A stretch of 64,000 bases of DNA. Source: Phoronis australis (taxonomy: Eukaryota > Animalia > Phoronida). Shown here piece after piece: positions 50,201 to 63,400 of this stretch. The notes beneath the pieces were generated by a model. That model did not search any database. It was not told where the DNA came from and saw nothing but the letters and a program-made list of their open reading frames with translations. Every line of letters starts with the position of its first letter. Position 1 is the stretch's first letter. The position numbers and the translations under genes were made by a program. Location of the stretch: positions 1,296,872 to 1,360,871 of the forward strand of contig NMRA01000037.1 in NCBI GenBank assembly GCA_002633005.1, read 5' to 3'.

Positions 50201-53200
50201 TACACTTCTGTGCCACAACAAATGGAAGTGCTGGAATCATATGGATCATCGTCACAGCAAGAGTCGTCTCCGGCATCACCTAATACATTATGACAACAGA
50301 CGAGTTTGGCTGTGTCATATGGATCTTTATCACAACACATATTACCCAGGTCTACGTTTTCATTCCCGCAACAAATGCTTGTGGAGGAATTATAGGCCGC
50401 ATGTCCACAACAACTGTCAAAGTCTGATTTCTGGTATACAGTTGTGCCACAACAAATTTCGTCAGTTGAGCTATATGACTCGTCATCACAACAACTATCA
50501 TCACCTGGATCGCCTACTACATTGTGGCAGCAGACGAGATTAGAAGAGTCGTATGGTTGTTCTGCACAACAGGAATCGCCTGTTCCTACTTTTTCAGATC
50601 CACAACAAATGTGGGTTGGTGAACTGTATGGCTGAGTGCCACAACAAGCGTCATACTGGCTTGTTAGATACAAGGTTGAGCCACAACAAATATTGGTATC
50701 TGAATTATATGGTTGATCATCACAGCAATAATCATCAGTGGCTGTACCCAGTTTACTGTGACAACAAACCAAGTCTGTGGAATCATACGGCTCTGCTGCA
50801 CAACAAGAGTCACCCTTCCCAACATTTTCATCATTGCAGCACACACTGTCGGCGGTGTTATAACCAGTTGATCCGCAGCATGCATCTACTTCGTTGGTTT
50901 TGAACAATGAGACTCCACAGCAGATCATCTGAGATGTGTTATAAGGTGTTTTGCTGCAGCAGGCGTCGTCATCATTCGTTCCAACAACTTCAGCAGCACA
51001 GCAAACTTTCTGCTGTGAATTATATGGCTCTTTTCCACAGCAAGCATCATCTTGTTCTTCTCCTAGTTCTTCATGGCCACAGCATATATTTGTTTCAGTG
51101 TTATAAGCAGTCTGGCCACAGCATGCATCGAAGTCCGCCTGTTGATGTATCGTTGTTCCACAACAAATTTCGCTGTTCTTGTTGTATGGTTCATCTGCAC
51201 AGCAACCATAGTCGTCAGATGACGCGACTGTGACTCCACAACACACTGAGCTGGAGGTTTCATATGGTATGCCTGCGCAGCAACCGTGAGTTTGTGCTGG
51301 TATCACCTCCTTTCCACAACAAGTCTCTGTTGTCTTGTCGTACGACTTGTCACTACAGCAGGCTCGTTCAGTTTTGTTCTGAACGCCATCCGCACAGCAA
51401 ACATAGTCCAATAGAGAATACAGCTCCCCGTTGCAACAGCCCGCCTCATTGACTTTGTACATGATCGAATTACAACAACCTTGAGATACCTTTAAACCTA
51501 TATCCTTGCCGCAACAAAATTGTTCCTCTAGACCATATACTTTTCTATCGCAGCAGCCCTGACTGTTTTTCTCGATTACTTCACTTCCACAGCAGTCTTG
51601 GGTTTGAGGGCTGTACGACTTCATGTTGTTGCAACAACTCGCCTCTGTCAAAATGATGATTTCTCTGCCACAACAGCTCTCAGACTCCAACTTGTATGGT
51701 TTGTCATAGCAGCAGCCATATGTCTTGTTTTTTAGCATGTTGTCGCAGCATATATAATTGTTTTTATTATAGACTATGCCCTTGCAACACGATTCACCTT
51801 CACTAGGTGTAAACACTACATCATTGCAACATGATTTGTTTTCACCTTCCTTGATGGGTGTGTTTCCACATAGAATGCCGTCAAAAGGAGTGCCAGTTAC
51901 ACAAGTGATATTTTTAGACATAACTGTACCATTACAACATATGTTCTCGTCCAGTACGTAGACTACGTTATCGCAACAAGCAAATTTTGTGGCATTGACA
52001 ATCATGTCTCCACAGCATATTTCTTTTCCCAATGAAAATGGCATCGAATTGCAGCATCCTTGGTCGTTAGTTATAATCGTTGTTCCACAGCATGTCTGCA
52101 GGGCAACCAAATATTGCTCGTCTCCACAACAACCTCTCATTTTGTCAGCGTTATTAAAAACCTCTTGTCCACAACAAACTTCAGTGCTAGTAACATCGAA
52201 TACTTCATTACCACAGCACTTGTAATTGTTGTTTGGCTTGTCATGAATTTTGTCATCGCAACAAAGCTGGTCTTTCAGCTTATAATACATGCCGTCACAG
52301 CACCCAAAATCACCAGCAGGCTTGGTCGTCATTCCACAACACACCTCAGTAGACTTATTAAAGAGCACATTATTACAGCAGCCCTGAGACGTTGCATCGC
52401 CCACGTTGTCTCCGCAGCAAAGTTGTGTTTCTTTTTTGAAAGCACTCATTCCGCAGCAGGCGTAACTATCTTCAGGCCTGATGACGTCACTGCAACATAC
52501 AGACACAGCAGTGTCGTAATAGGTGTCACCACAACATTGGTGTTGAGGATAGGTGGCAAGTGAAGAACCACAACATATATGTGTAGAGGTATTGTAAACC
52601 GTGGCATCGCAGCACCCATGATCACTCGAAGACACTATGTCCTTACCGCAGCATATGTTGCTTTGAACCAGATAAGGCTTGTCATCGCAACAGCCGTGCG
52701 TGTCTTTATTGATGACTTTGTCATTGCAACAAAGCTGAGTTGTCTGGTTAAACATGATTCCATTGCAACAGCCAGAATTATCTCTGTTTACTTTGATTCC
52801 ATTGCAGCACAGGTAATCCGCAATTAGATATGGCATATCATTACAGCAGCCATACAGAGTAGCGTTGTACATCTTATCGTTGCAACAGATGTCTTTGCCA
52901 ATTTCGCAGATGTAATGTCCACAGCACTGATGAGTGTGTATCCCACCGAGTTTACCAGAACAGCAGATCTGTTCATCTAACTTATACTGCTGATCAAGGC
53001 AACACCCATAAGATGTTCGAGAAAGGACAGCACCATTGCAACATATGGACGTCTTAAGTTCGTATGATTTTTTGGCACAGCACCCATAGTACAGATTGGA
53101 AAAAACTTCTCCATCGCAGCAGATTTGTTCATCAAATCTATAAGGAACACCTTTACAACAGCCAAACTGATGCACATCTTTGATGTCCCCACCGCAACAA

Positions 53201-53869
53201 ATACTGTGATCCTTACTATAAGAAACTCCTTTACAGCAACCATATAGCTTCTTTGGCTTCAGTCTCCCGCCGCAGCAAATATAGTTACTGTCCAGTCTAT
53301 AGTGGTATCCTTTACAGCAGCCATATGTGTCAGAAGGAAGAACCACTCCGTGACAGCATATGCTATCTTTCCTTGAAAAAATTTCACCTTTACAGCAACC
53401 AAATTGTTCTTTGTCTATCTTCACATGATCACAACAGGTAAATTGTGTAGCATTGATTAGCTCATCGTTGCAGCAGGTGTATTTTTCCTTGTCATAAAGT
53501 GTTTCAGCGCAGCAGATTTTCTCGTCCCGAAGGTAGGATTCTTCTTTGCAACACCCATACGTGGATTTTTTTAGCACTGTATTGTTGCAGCAAATCTGTG
53601 TCATTTTGTTGAAGGTGGTGCCTGCACAGCACCCCGTCCAACCCTTGTAGACAGCTTCATTGCCACAGCAAAAATAGTACCGTTTGGGATAAGTTTTTCC
53701 GTTGCAACAGATGCGACTTTCGGGTCTGTAATGTGTCGTTCCACCGCAGCATTGGTACCGACTTTTCCTTATTGGGTAATGTCCACAGCACTCATACGTC
53801 GCTTTGGGATAACTTGTTCCATAGCAACATCCGTGGGATTCAGTTTCCATGCATTTCTTCGACAATGCA
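41296..53869 (-). CDS. giant galaxin-like Cys-Cys repeat protein, ~12.6-kb terminal coding exon
   Basis: Uninterrupted 4189-codon ORF of CC-x(10-12) modules with a Y-x6-CC pattern (galaxin-type repeat). Splice acceptor ttggtttcag| at 53871-53870 and TAG stop at 41298-41296. Many NxS/T sequons. Confidence 0.92.
42750..50700 (-). repeat. coding tandem array of 468-bp (156-aa) units inside the galaxin-like exon
   Basis: The marker CCGTTVYQKS recurs 16 times at 468-bp spacing (6 + 10 copies). One ~945-bp gap holds a diverged unit at about 47450-47920. Confidence 0.93.
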
Positions 53870-54047
53870 CTGAAACCAAGTGTCGAAGATTCATAATACT
53901 GCAGTGAAGGTGACAGTTGTCACTCTCGTAAGGACCTAGAACAAGTGGCTTACCTGTTTAGCCTGCATAGTGAAGTCGCGTTGATGACCTCTCTCAAAAT
54001 ACCCCAGTGTCTCGTTATCAGAAAAATCCACTTACCCACGTACTCAC

Positions 54048-54130
54048 ATGTTATTTAAGCTAGCTGTTGTTCTAGAGTATAGACGCCTACATACTGTACT
54101 TTTGCAACGAAGGATTGTGTTCCATTCATC
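54048..54130 (-). CDS. probable upstream exon of the galaxin-like gene
   Basis: ttttcctctactttcag|GAT GAA TGG...AAC AT|gtgagt. Encodes DEWNTILRCKSTVCRRLYSRTTASLNN(I). This is the only open frame, and its phase-2 end matches the giant exon (AT+T GCA TTG). Confidence 0.65.
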
Positions 54131-54733
54131 CTGAAAGTAGAGGAAAATAAAGTTGGTAAACCTCGCATTTTCATATCTTCAAAAGACATGCATGCACACA
54201 AACTAACATGTAACGTATTGTGTCCATAGAGCAAGTAGGAATGGCTACAAAGGCCTCTTTTTGACAGTAAACAATTAAATTTCTGTGCATGTGGGGTGGG
54301 TGCAGAGTCGATGAATGGTGCGATGGGTAGAATATTTTATACAGCTTGAAATGACTGATGGTGTAAAGCCAAGCAGGATCAACTAAAAACTCATACCCCG
54401 TCTCACAAATTGGACATAATGGTTCTTGGTGTGTGGCTTTTCTCCACAGTTATCGTGCATATCGCTAGAAGTGTACAAAACGCTTGCCTGTATAGCAGAC
54501 TTTAAAAGGAGTTTTCAGATTTTCCTCCCAACTTTTGAGGGTCTGCGTGGATTACAGAGCATTACTTTGTTCCAGAAAATTGTATGGGAAGTCATTGTTA
54601 ATTACTAAGTCAAAGCTATAAGGACGAACAGAACAATCACCTAGCATTGGAGACTCTGCTTCTGTTATACACCATATGCACGTTGTCGACACAATTCAGA
54701 AAATAATCATAATTACATGGACCGATAACATAC

Positions 54734-54811
54734 CTTACCTTCCAAATCCGTCTCACCTGAATCTCGTACTGGTTGGGAGTTCTCTTCAAACTTCAAGGAC
54801 TGGTAGCCAAT
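54734..54811 (-). CDS. possible further upstream exon of the galaxin-like gene
   Basis: gttttacag|ATT GGC...GGT AAG|gtatgt. Encodes IGYQSLKFEENSQPVRDSGETDLEGK, phase 0/0. The start codon and signal-peptide exon were not located. Confidence 0.45.
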
Positions 54812-55780
54812 CTGTAAAACACTTGCTTTACAAAAAGTCGTGTAAATGAGCATTCTTGAAAGACTTGTTTTGATACTCTTCGCATCGCATGTCACTGATC
54901 CATACATTTACGAACATTTGTTTCAAGGTCTTGTAGCTATACTGTAAATTATCATTTAGCATTTAAACATACATTAAGATTGATGTAGTATGTGTACCTT
55001 TCTCTGCTGCTCTTTTTATCGTCAGTCAACTTGAACAGGTTTGGAAATCCCCTTCAACATTCTCCAACGGATAATTCATCTGACTGTATGCGTACATTTG
55101 CTTTGCACAATCACACAAACTAACATATAAGACACCAAACAACATGAATTTATTAATTTTATGAACATAATTCCTTATTCATGTCTGTCTCTTACCACAT
55201 ATCAAAAACTTTGGAAATGGGCTCAATTTTTAAGTCGAGTTGGTGCTCTGGAACACTTCTAAGAGGCAAGTGCAACACAGAATGTCATAAAAACAAAAAT
55301 TATACAATTTTCCTACAGCGGTACCTGAGCCTGCAATGAAACATTTTACAACAAATTCACTTCCGGTTCTGGTGACTGTAACTCTACCCTAGACATTACC
55401 TTTATACAAAGAAAAAAGAACAACTTGAATGAGTTATCATTGAAAATGCATTTACAGTTGACCAGTTTTGCATAACTTTTAAATACCTTTCTTTTGACAC
55501 CTCGTCCCTCTCCGAGCACATCAAGTTGGCCTTACGACCTTTGAATTGGGATCACCAATCTGCAAAACACTGACTACGTAAAACCACTGACATATTGAAA
55601 TACAAAAACGATCATTGCTTGTTAGGTTTTTCCACAAACGCTTCTTTAAACTTCATCCCAAGCAATTGGAATTTTTTCTAGCCTCAAAACTGGCAGCTTT
55701 TTGTAAATTAGAAACTCAATTATACTAGATGGGTTATTAAAAAACGTACAAACTGTAGAATCAATACTCTACTCTCTTCT

Positions 55781-55881
55781 ATGTGCCTGTGTCATCAGCG
55801 AATAGTCTTCGTCTTTGAAAGCTGTCTACGATGTGTCTGTCTTGTCAGCGAATAGTCTTCGTATTTGAAAGCTATCTACGA
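55781..55881. repeat. two-copy 50-bp tandem duplication
   Basis: atgtg(c/t)ctgt...cagcgaatagtcttcgt(c/a)tttgaaagct(g/a)tctacg at 55781 and 55831. Confidence 0.85.
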
Positions 55882-57469
55882 ACACTTTAATTAAGTTAAA
55901 ACACGTGAAGCAAACAATTTATACAGTCATTAGAATTGGCAAAAGACTAAGGCCGAACAATGGGTCTAGGCAACCAAAGCAGGCAACAGAATACTGACTA
56001 ATGACATCAAGTTTTTCTTTAAGCACATTTAATGGTGTAAAATAAAAACGCATCAACTGCAGAGAATGCTTGCACGCGGAAAATTAGTTTTTATTCTAGT
56101 GAGCTGTACCATCTTGGGCAAGGGGCTGTTTGCCAGTGTGTGCTAAATTGAAATGTCTGACCTGAAACATAATGGGGGAGGGTTGCATACAAGTGCCCTA
56201 CATCAAGAACGCCACATTGAAACATTTGGCCTACTTGGATAGCCCATGTACAGCCAACAATGACGAAGATCGACCACCAGAGAGTCGCAACATGACAAAA
56301 CTTGCAGTGTGTGACACCATGCAGGAAGTATCAGGGCATGCTAAGAATTGCGCGATGACACTTGGCTTACTTCAAAATCCAACTGCAGCCTGGTGGTTTG
56401 GTAATTGGCCCAATTATGTTGAACAACCATGAGAATTTATTAGGAACATAATATTGCAACATTTAACAAATGTTTTAAGTTGTAAAAGTCACACTTTCTT
56501 GTCCAATTTTCAAAATTCAAAAGCCTAATCACGTTTGCTTTTCATGAACTAATCAAATATACTATTCACAAACTTTCAAAACGAAAAATTTAAAAACACT
56601 GTATTGTCGCCCCCAATGTGTTCATGATGGGTCTCATTACGTAGAAAACGATATCAGCAGCCTGAGGCAACTTAACTAACCACAACAGCATGGTGTCTTT
56701 GATCCAAACCGGCAGGTTCTCCGAGGTACGCAAACCGGTCGAGTTGCCCAATCTCGACCAGCTAGGGTGTCAACTTAGGATTCTGTTCATGGAAACTAAT
56801 GTAAATTAAACGTGTTTTTAAAATGTGTATTCTCACCAACAAAGCACAAGATATTTTTGGTTGAGTTGATTTGCAATATTAATAAGAAATCGATACAGGG
56901 ACTGTCAATTCACATTGGCCCTCTCTAAAGTAGAGCACGATCTGACTTCCAATTGATCCTGACTCAGATTCGATGGTGGGCAGAAATTCAATTACTACAT
57001 GGTCGTTCATTGACTTAAAAGCAGAGGGATGATATCCAGTCATCCCCTCCCATATTAGTTGTTTGATTGGTTTAACTTCACTTTTTTATCATAGCTTTTT
57101 CACTGGGGCTATTCTCATGCTTTATTACCTGCAGGCACTGCCTTTATCCGCGGATACTCTTCGCAGTGGGGGAATGTATGCAGGACATAGTGTTCTAATT
57201 TGTAAGGCACTCCCACCACACAGGAGTGGGAGTTACAACCAGAGCATTTTAACAATAGGAAAGGTATAACGTTTTAAGGTGCTGTTTACACCACTAGGGT
57301 GAAACCTCTTTTCTGCATTACTGAGTGGGTGACGCCTGGTGTGTTAGTTAATTTCAAAATGGCACAGCCAATTCCAAAAGTCAGCTATTGAGACACATGA
57401 ACAGTGATACGTTGAATGTTGAAATTGAAATTTGAGAAAGATTTGAAAACTGTTGTAATTATGTTTCAC

Positions 57470-60400
57470 ATTTGACAGACATTTTGTACAAAATCATTTT
57501 TTGTGCATTAAGACTTTGTGTTCATACATACCCAAACACTTCACGGCACTCTCGTTCAATTTGGCACCGAATGAAGATGACTCAATTAAACATTTAAGCC
57601 TCAATACTAAACTAATGGTTCTCTCGAATATTTGTTTTTCAAATGACATATAAAATGTCACGGCACAGTAAGTTAGGTGATAGCCACAGTCCAGTCTCAC
57701 ACAGGAAATTTGGCGGCTTAAGTGAAAGATTGAAATTAGAAGTTCAGCGTCAAGTGAGGGATCACAAGCTGCGACCCCTTGCGAAATGTCGACAAACAAA
57801 CAATAAGTTTTACCAACAATGTGTTGTTTGTCGGATAAAATGGCGGCTTGGAAATGGAGGCGTGTCAATAATGCTACGTTTTGACTGGTCAAATCAGCCA
57901 TCACTCAAATTCAGGCGATAGGTCAATTGGGCTTGGAGACTTGTCGTGTCATAGGAGCCTTAGAATGCTGTCAGGGCACTCCAAAGTAGAATGTGAGCGG
58001 GAACTTTGTTGGAATAGAAAAGTGGGTATGTGCTTTTAAAATGATACTTGTAAGATGAAATGTAAGACAGAAGATCATGGCAATGACAGGGCTTTGAAAA
58101 GAAGGTGAATGCTTAAATGTTGTTCTATAAACATCTGTTGCATTTTTAAAATGTGCATGACTTGTACAACTGACAGAGCATGAAATATATTGTGGAAAAG
58201 TAGATATGCCACTAATAGGAAATCAAAAACAAGCGGGATGTTCAATTTGTGAAAAGTCAGTCCATCAGGAGTGCAAAAACTGCTCATTTTCTTTGTATAG
58301 TTGTACAAAGAAGTTGATTTGGAACTTGCAGCATGAAGGTTTTAGTTAGAAGTTTAAAAGAAACGATCCGATGCCTTTTGAGAAACGGTCTCTGATAAAT
58401 TGAACATGTGCAAAACTGGGGAAATTTAGTAGCAGGTGGAATTCTCAAATAACACACTGAATGTAGTTTTTACAGGTGGCAGTTGTGAGGCAAAGTAGGT
58501 GGTGGAGCATCCGGACAATGGCCATGATTCATCACCAAACAATGAGGAAGTCGTAATCAAAGAAAGACCAGCAATGTTCCAAATCAAGAATAGAGTAAAG
58601 GTGATTACAAGAGCCTGCCATTCAATAAGATTGTGTTGAGTTTCTAAGATATTTGTTCACCACGAGAAAACTTAGCAGTTTATTCGAAAAAGTTAAAGTT
58701 CGACATCAACACATTTCACATTTCAGATATTATAAGAATGAAAGATGATTTCTCGGAAAGTTGAGTCTTTCAGGAAGGCATACAGGACTAAGAAGTGATG
58801 TTCTAAGAACACTTCATGGCACTCTCGCTCAATTTGGCACCAAATGTTTGGTTTTATGAAGATGAACCAAACATTTTAGCCTCAACACTAAACCAATGGT
58901 CTCTCTAATATTTGTTTTCCAAATGATGTATAAAATGTCATGGCAGAGTATGTTAGGTGGTAGCCACACAACAGTTTTACACTGGAAGTTTGACAGTTTA
59001 AGTGAGAGATTGAAAATGGAAGGTCAGCATCAATTGAGAAACTTAAAGCCTTGTCGTGTTATAGAAGACTTAAGACTGCTGTGAGGCACTTCAAAGTAGA
59101 ATGTGAATGGGAATGTTGGAATACATGTAATAGAATGGTTATCTGGTTTTAGTTTTTTTTAGTGAGATGAAGAGTGAGACAGAAGATCACAGCAATGACG
59201 GGGATTCACAACAAGAGAGACAGAATGTCATCACGTGACAAAACATGCAATATGTCACACCGGTCTTTGAAAAAAAGTGAATGCAGAAATGGTGTTAAAT
59301 AAATGTCTGTTGTGTTTTTTAAATGTCCATGTACTCCCGACAGAGCATGAGATATATGTGAACACTCAAGTAGATTGCTACCATTAAGAAATAAAAAAAC
59401 AGTCGGGGTGTTGAATGTGTGGAAAGTCAGTCCATCAGGAATGCAAAAAAGTGGTTAATATTTTCTTTGCAAAGTTGTACAAGGAAGCTAATTTGGAAGT
59501 TATATGATTGCAGCAACATCTGAAGGGCTTAGTTAGAAGTTTGAAGGAAACAATTCGATGCCTTATGCGAAATGGGCTATGATGAACCCACGCTGTGCAA
59601 TAGTTAGAGATACAGAAAAAAAGAAAATTTTAGCAGGTGGAATTCTCAAATAAAAGACTGGATGCAGTTTTTACAGGTGGCAGTTGTGATGTGAAGTAGG
59701 TGGTGGAGCCGAGCATCAGGAGAATGGCCATGATTCATCACCAAACAATGAGGAAGTCGTAATCAAAGAAAGACCAGCAATATTCCAAATCAAGAATAGA
59801 GTGAAGGTGAATACAAGAGCCTGCCATTCAATAAGATTGTGTTGTGTTTCTAAGATATTCGTTCACAACGAGAAAACTAGCAGTTTATTCAAAGAAGTTA
59901 ATGTACGACATCAACACATTTCACATTTCAGATATTATGTGAATGAAAGATGATTTATGTTCGGAATATGTCCCGAAAATAATAGGTGCGTCGCAAGCTC
60001 CGTTTCCAGAGATACAAAGGATGATTTCTCGGAAAGTTAAGTCTGTCAGGAGAGCATGCAGGACTAAGAAGTGATGTTCTAAGAACAGTGAATTGTAGAG
60101 AAGGAAGTCTGGTGTGTGAAAAGAAATCACGGTTTAGAAATATAAATGAAAGAGACAATGACAGAACGAAGCTGTCAATCAGAAGTTGAAGGAGTGATCA
60201 GAAGAGTTGTAGTGAAAGAAGTCTGATGTCTGAAAGCAAATGTTATGCGAAATCACGATTGATAAATATGAAATGAGAAAGAAAATAACAGAAAGGTCAG
60301 ACAGAAGTTGAAGGAGTGATCAGATGTTCCATGACTAGTTGTTAATAATGGAGATAGATTTCATTAAATTATACAGAGCAGTATTGACATATATAAGGAC

Positions 60401-63400
60401 AGATGACGAGACAAATTTTGTGATAAATTTTAGAATCACTAAGTTGTGAAAGTACAAGAATATGGAAATTGAGAGTTTGAAATAGTTTTGAAAATGGCTG
60501 TCTTAAACCTCACGCACATTTGCCAGACATTTTGTACAAAATCATTGTTCAGTGTCGGGCTTAGTGAAATGTTTATTGCATTCAGCTCAAGCAATCAGCA
60601 ATCTGTTTTACGAACAATGTTTCTTGAAAAGCAACATGATATATTTCAAAAACATTGTTCCATCTCAGACATGACGTTTTTCGTCAAACGCTGAATTTGA
60701 ACATTTCCTGGAATGCAATAGTCACAAATTGGAGAGTGCTACATACATGAAGTCACATGGATATGACAATATCATCATATTAATTCATACGACCGATTGT
60801 TCGTATGCCCGAACACTTCATGGCACTCTCGCTCAATTTGGCACCAAATGTTTGGTTTTATGAAGATGAACCAAACATTTTAGCCTCAACACTAAACCAA
60901 TGGTCTCTCGAACATTTGTTTTCTAAATGACGTATAAAATGTCATGACAGAGTATGTTAGGTGATAGCCACAGCACAGTTTTACACAGGATGTTTGACAG
61001 TTTAAGTGAGAGATTGAAAATGAAAGTTCAGCATCAATTGGGAAACTTAAAGCCTTGTCGTGTTATAGGAGACTTAATACTGCTGTGAGGCACTTCAAAG
61101 TAGAATGTGAATGGGAACAATGTTGGAATAGTAGATTGGGTATTTGGTTTTAGTTTTTTTTAGTGAGATGAAGTGTGAGACAGAAGATCACGGCAATGAC
61201 GGGGATTCACAACAAGAGAGACAGCATGTCATAACGTGACAAAACATGCAATATGTCACATCGGTCTTTGAAAAGAAGGTGAATGCAGAAATGGTGTCAA
61301 ATGAATGTCTGTTGTGTTTTTAAAGTGTCCATGTACTCCCGACAGAGCATGAGATATATGTGAACACTCAAGTAGATTGCTACCATTAAGAAATAAAAAA
61401 CAATCGGAATGTTGAATGTGTGGAGATCGAGTCAGTCCACCAGGCGTGCAAAAAGGGCTCATTTTCTTTGCAAAGTTGTACAAGGAAGCTAATTTGGAAG
61501 TTTTATTGCAGCACCATGTGAAGATTTTAGTTAGAAGTTTGAGGGAAACAATTCGATGTCTTATGAGAAACGGGCGATGATGAACCAAAGCTGTGCAATA
61601 GAGATACAGAAAAAAGAAAAGCTTTAGCAGGTGGATTCTCAAATAATAGACTGGATGCAGTTTTTACAGGTGGCAGTTGTGAGGTGAAGTAGGTGGTGGG
61701 GCCTCAGGAGAATGGCCATGATTCATCACCAAACAATGAGGAAAGTGTAACCAAAGAAAGACCAGCAATATTCCAAATCGAGAACAGAGTGAAGGTGAAT
61801 ACAAGAGCCTGCCATTCAATAAGATTGTGTTGTGTTTCTAAGATATTTGTTCACCACGAGAAAACTAGCAGTTTATTTGAAAATGTTAATGTACGACTTC
61901 AACACATTTCACATTTCAGACATTATGTGAATGAAAGATGATTTATGTTCGGAATGTGTCCTGAAAATAATAGGTGCGTCGCAAGCTCCGTTTCCAGAGA
62001 TACAAAGGATGATTTCTCGGAAAGTTAAGGCTGTCAGGAGTGCATGCAGGACTAAGAAGTGATGTTCTAAGAACAGTGAATTGTAGAGAAGGAAGTCTGG
62101 TGTGTGAAAAGAAATCACGGTTTAGAAATATAAATGAAAAAGACAATGACAGAACGAAGCTGTCAATCAGAAGTTGAAGGAGTGATCAGAAGAGTTGTAG
62201 TGAAAGAAGTCTGATGTCTGAAAGCAAATGTTATGCGAAATCACGATTGATAAATATGAAATGAGAAAGAAAATAACAGAAAGGTCAGTCAGAAGTTGAA
62301 GGAGTGATCAGATGTTCCATGACTAGTTGTTAATAATGGAGATAGATTTCATTAAATTATACAGAGCAGTATTGACATATATAAGGACAGATGACGAGAC
62401 AAATTTTGGGATAAATTTTAGAATCACTAAGTTGTGAAAGTACAAGAATATGGAAATTGAAGGTTTGAAATAGTTTTGAAAATGGCTGTCTTAAACCTCA
62501 CGCACATTTGCCAGACATTTTGTACAAAATCATTGTTCCGTGTAGGGCTTAGTGAAAGGTTTATTGCATTCAGCTCAAGCAATCAGCAATCTGTTTTTAG
62601 GAACAATGTTTCTTGAAAAGCAACAAGATATATTTCAAAAACATTGTTCCATCTCAGACATGACGTTTTTCGTCAAATGCTGAATTTGAACATTTCCTGG
62701 AATGCAATAGTCACAAATTGGAGAGTGTTACATACATGAAGTCACATGGATATGACAATATCATCATATTAATTCATACGACCGATTGTTCGTTTGCACG
62801 AACACTTTATGGCACTCTCGCTCAATTTGGCACCAAATGTTTGGTTTTATGAAGATGAACCAAACATTTTAGCCTCAACACTAAACCAAAGCCTGTCTCT
62901 CTCGAATATTTGTTTTCCAAATGACGTATAAAATGTCGTGACAGAGTATGTTAGGTGATAGCCACAGCCCAGTTTTACACAGGAAGTTTGACAGTTTAAG
63001 TGAGAGATTGAAAATGGAAGTTCAGCACCAGTTGGGAAACTTAAAGCCTTGTCGTGTTATAGGAGACTTACATTAGCTGTGAGGGCACTCCAAAGTAGAA
63101 TGTGAATGGGAACAATGTTGGAATAGTAGAGTGAGTATTTGGTTTTAATTTTTTTTTAGTGAGATGAAGTGTGAGACAGAAGATCACGGCAATGACGGGG
63201 ATTCACAACAAGAGAAACAGAATGTCATAACGTGACAAAACATGCAATATGTCACATCGGTCTTTGAAAAGAAGGTGAATGCAGAAATGGTGTTAAATGA
63301 ATGTCTGTTGTGTTTTTAAAGTGTCCATGTACTCCCGACAGAGCATGAGATATATGCGAACACTCAAGCAGATATGCTGCCATTAAGAAATAAAAAAAAA

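Noticed and set aside
41347-53441. Dozens of + strand and alternative-frame ORFs (QQ- or HH-rich) over the giant ORF
   Set aside because: They are antisense or frame shadows of repeated TGT/TGC codons and recur at the 468-bp period.
53863-53865. ORF-track start of the 4189-aa protein
   Set aside because: It is a TTG just downstream of a good splice acceptor, with no signal peptide; the true start lies in upstream exons.
54997-55560. Two exon-like segments (~54998-55079, ~55487-55559, - strand) each with one in-frame TGA, considered as selenocysteine exons
   Set aside because: Their phases do not chain with each other or with the downstream exon, and I recognised no SECIS. They may be non-coding or chance matches.
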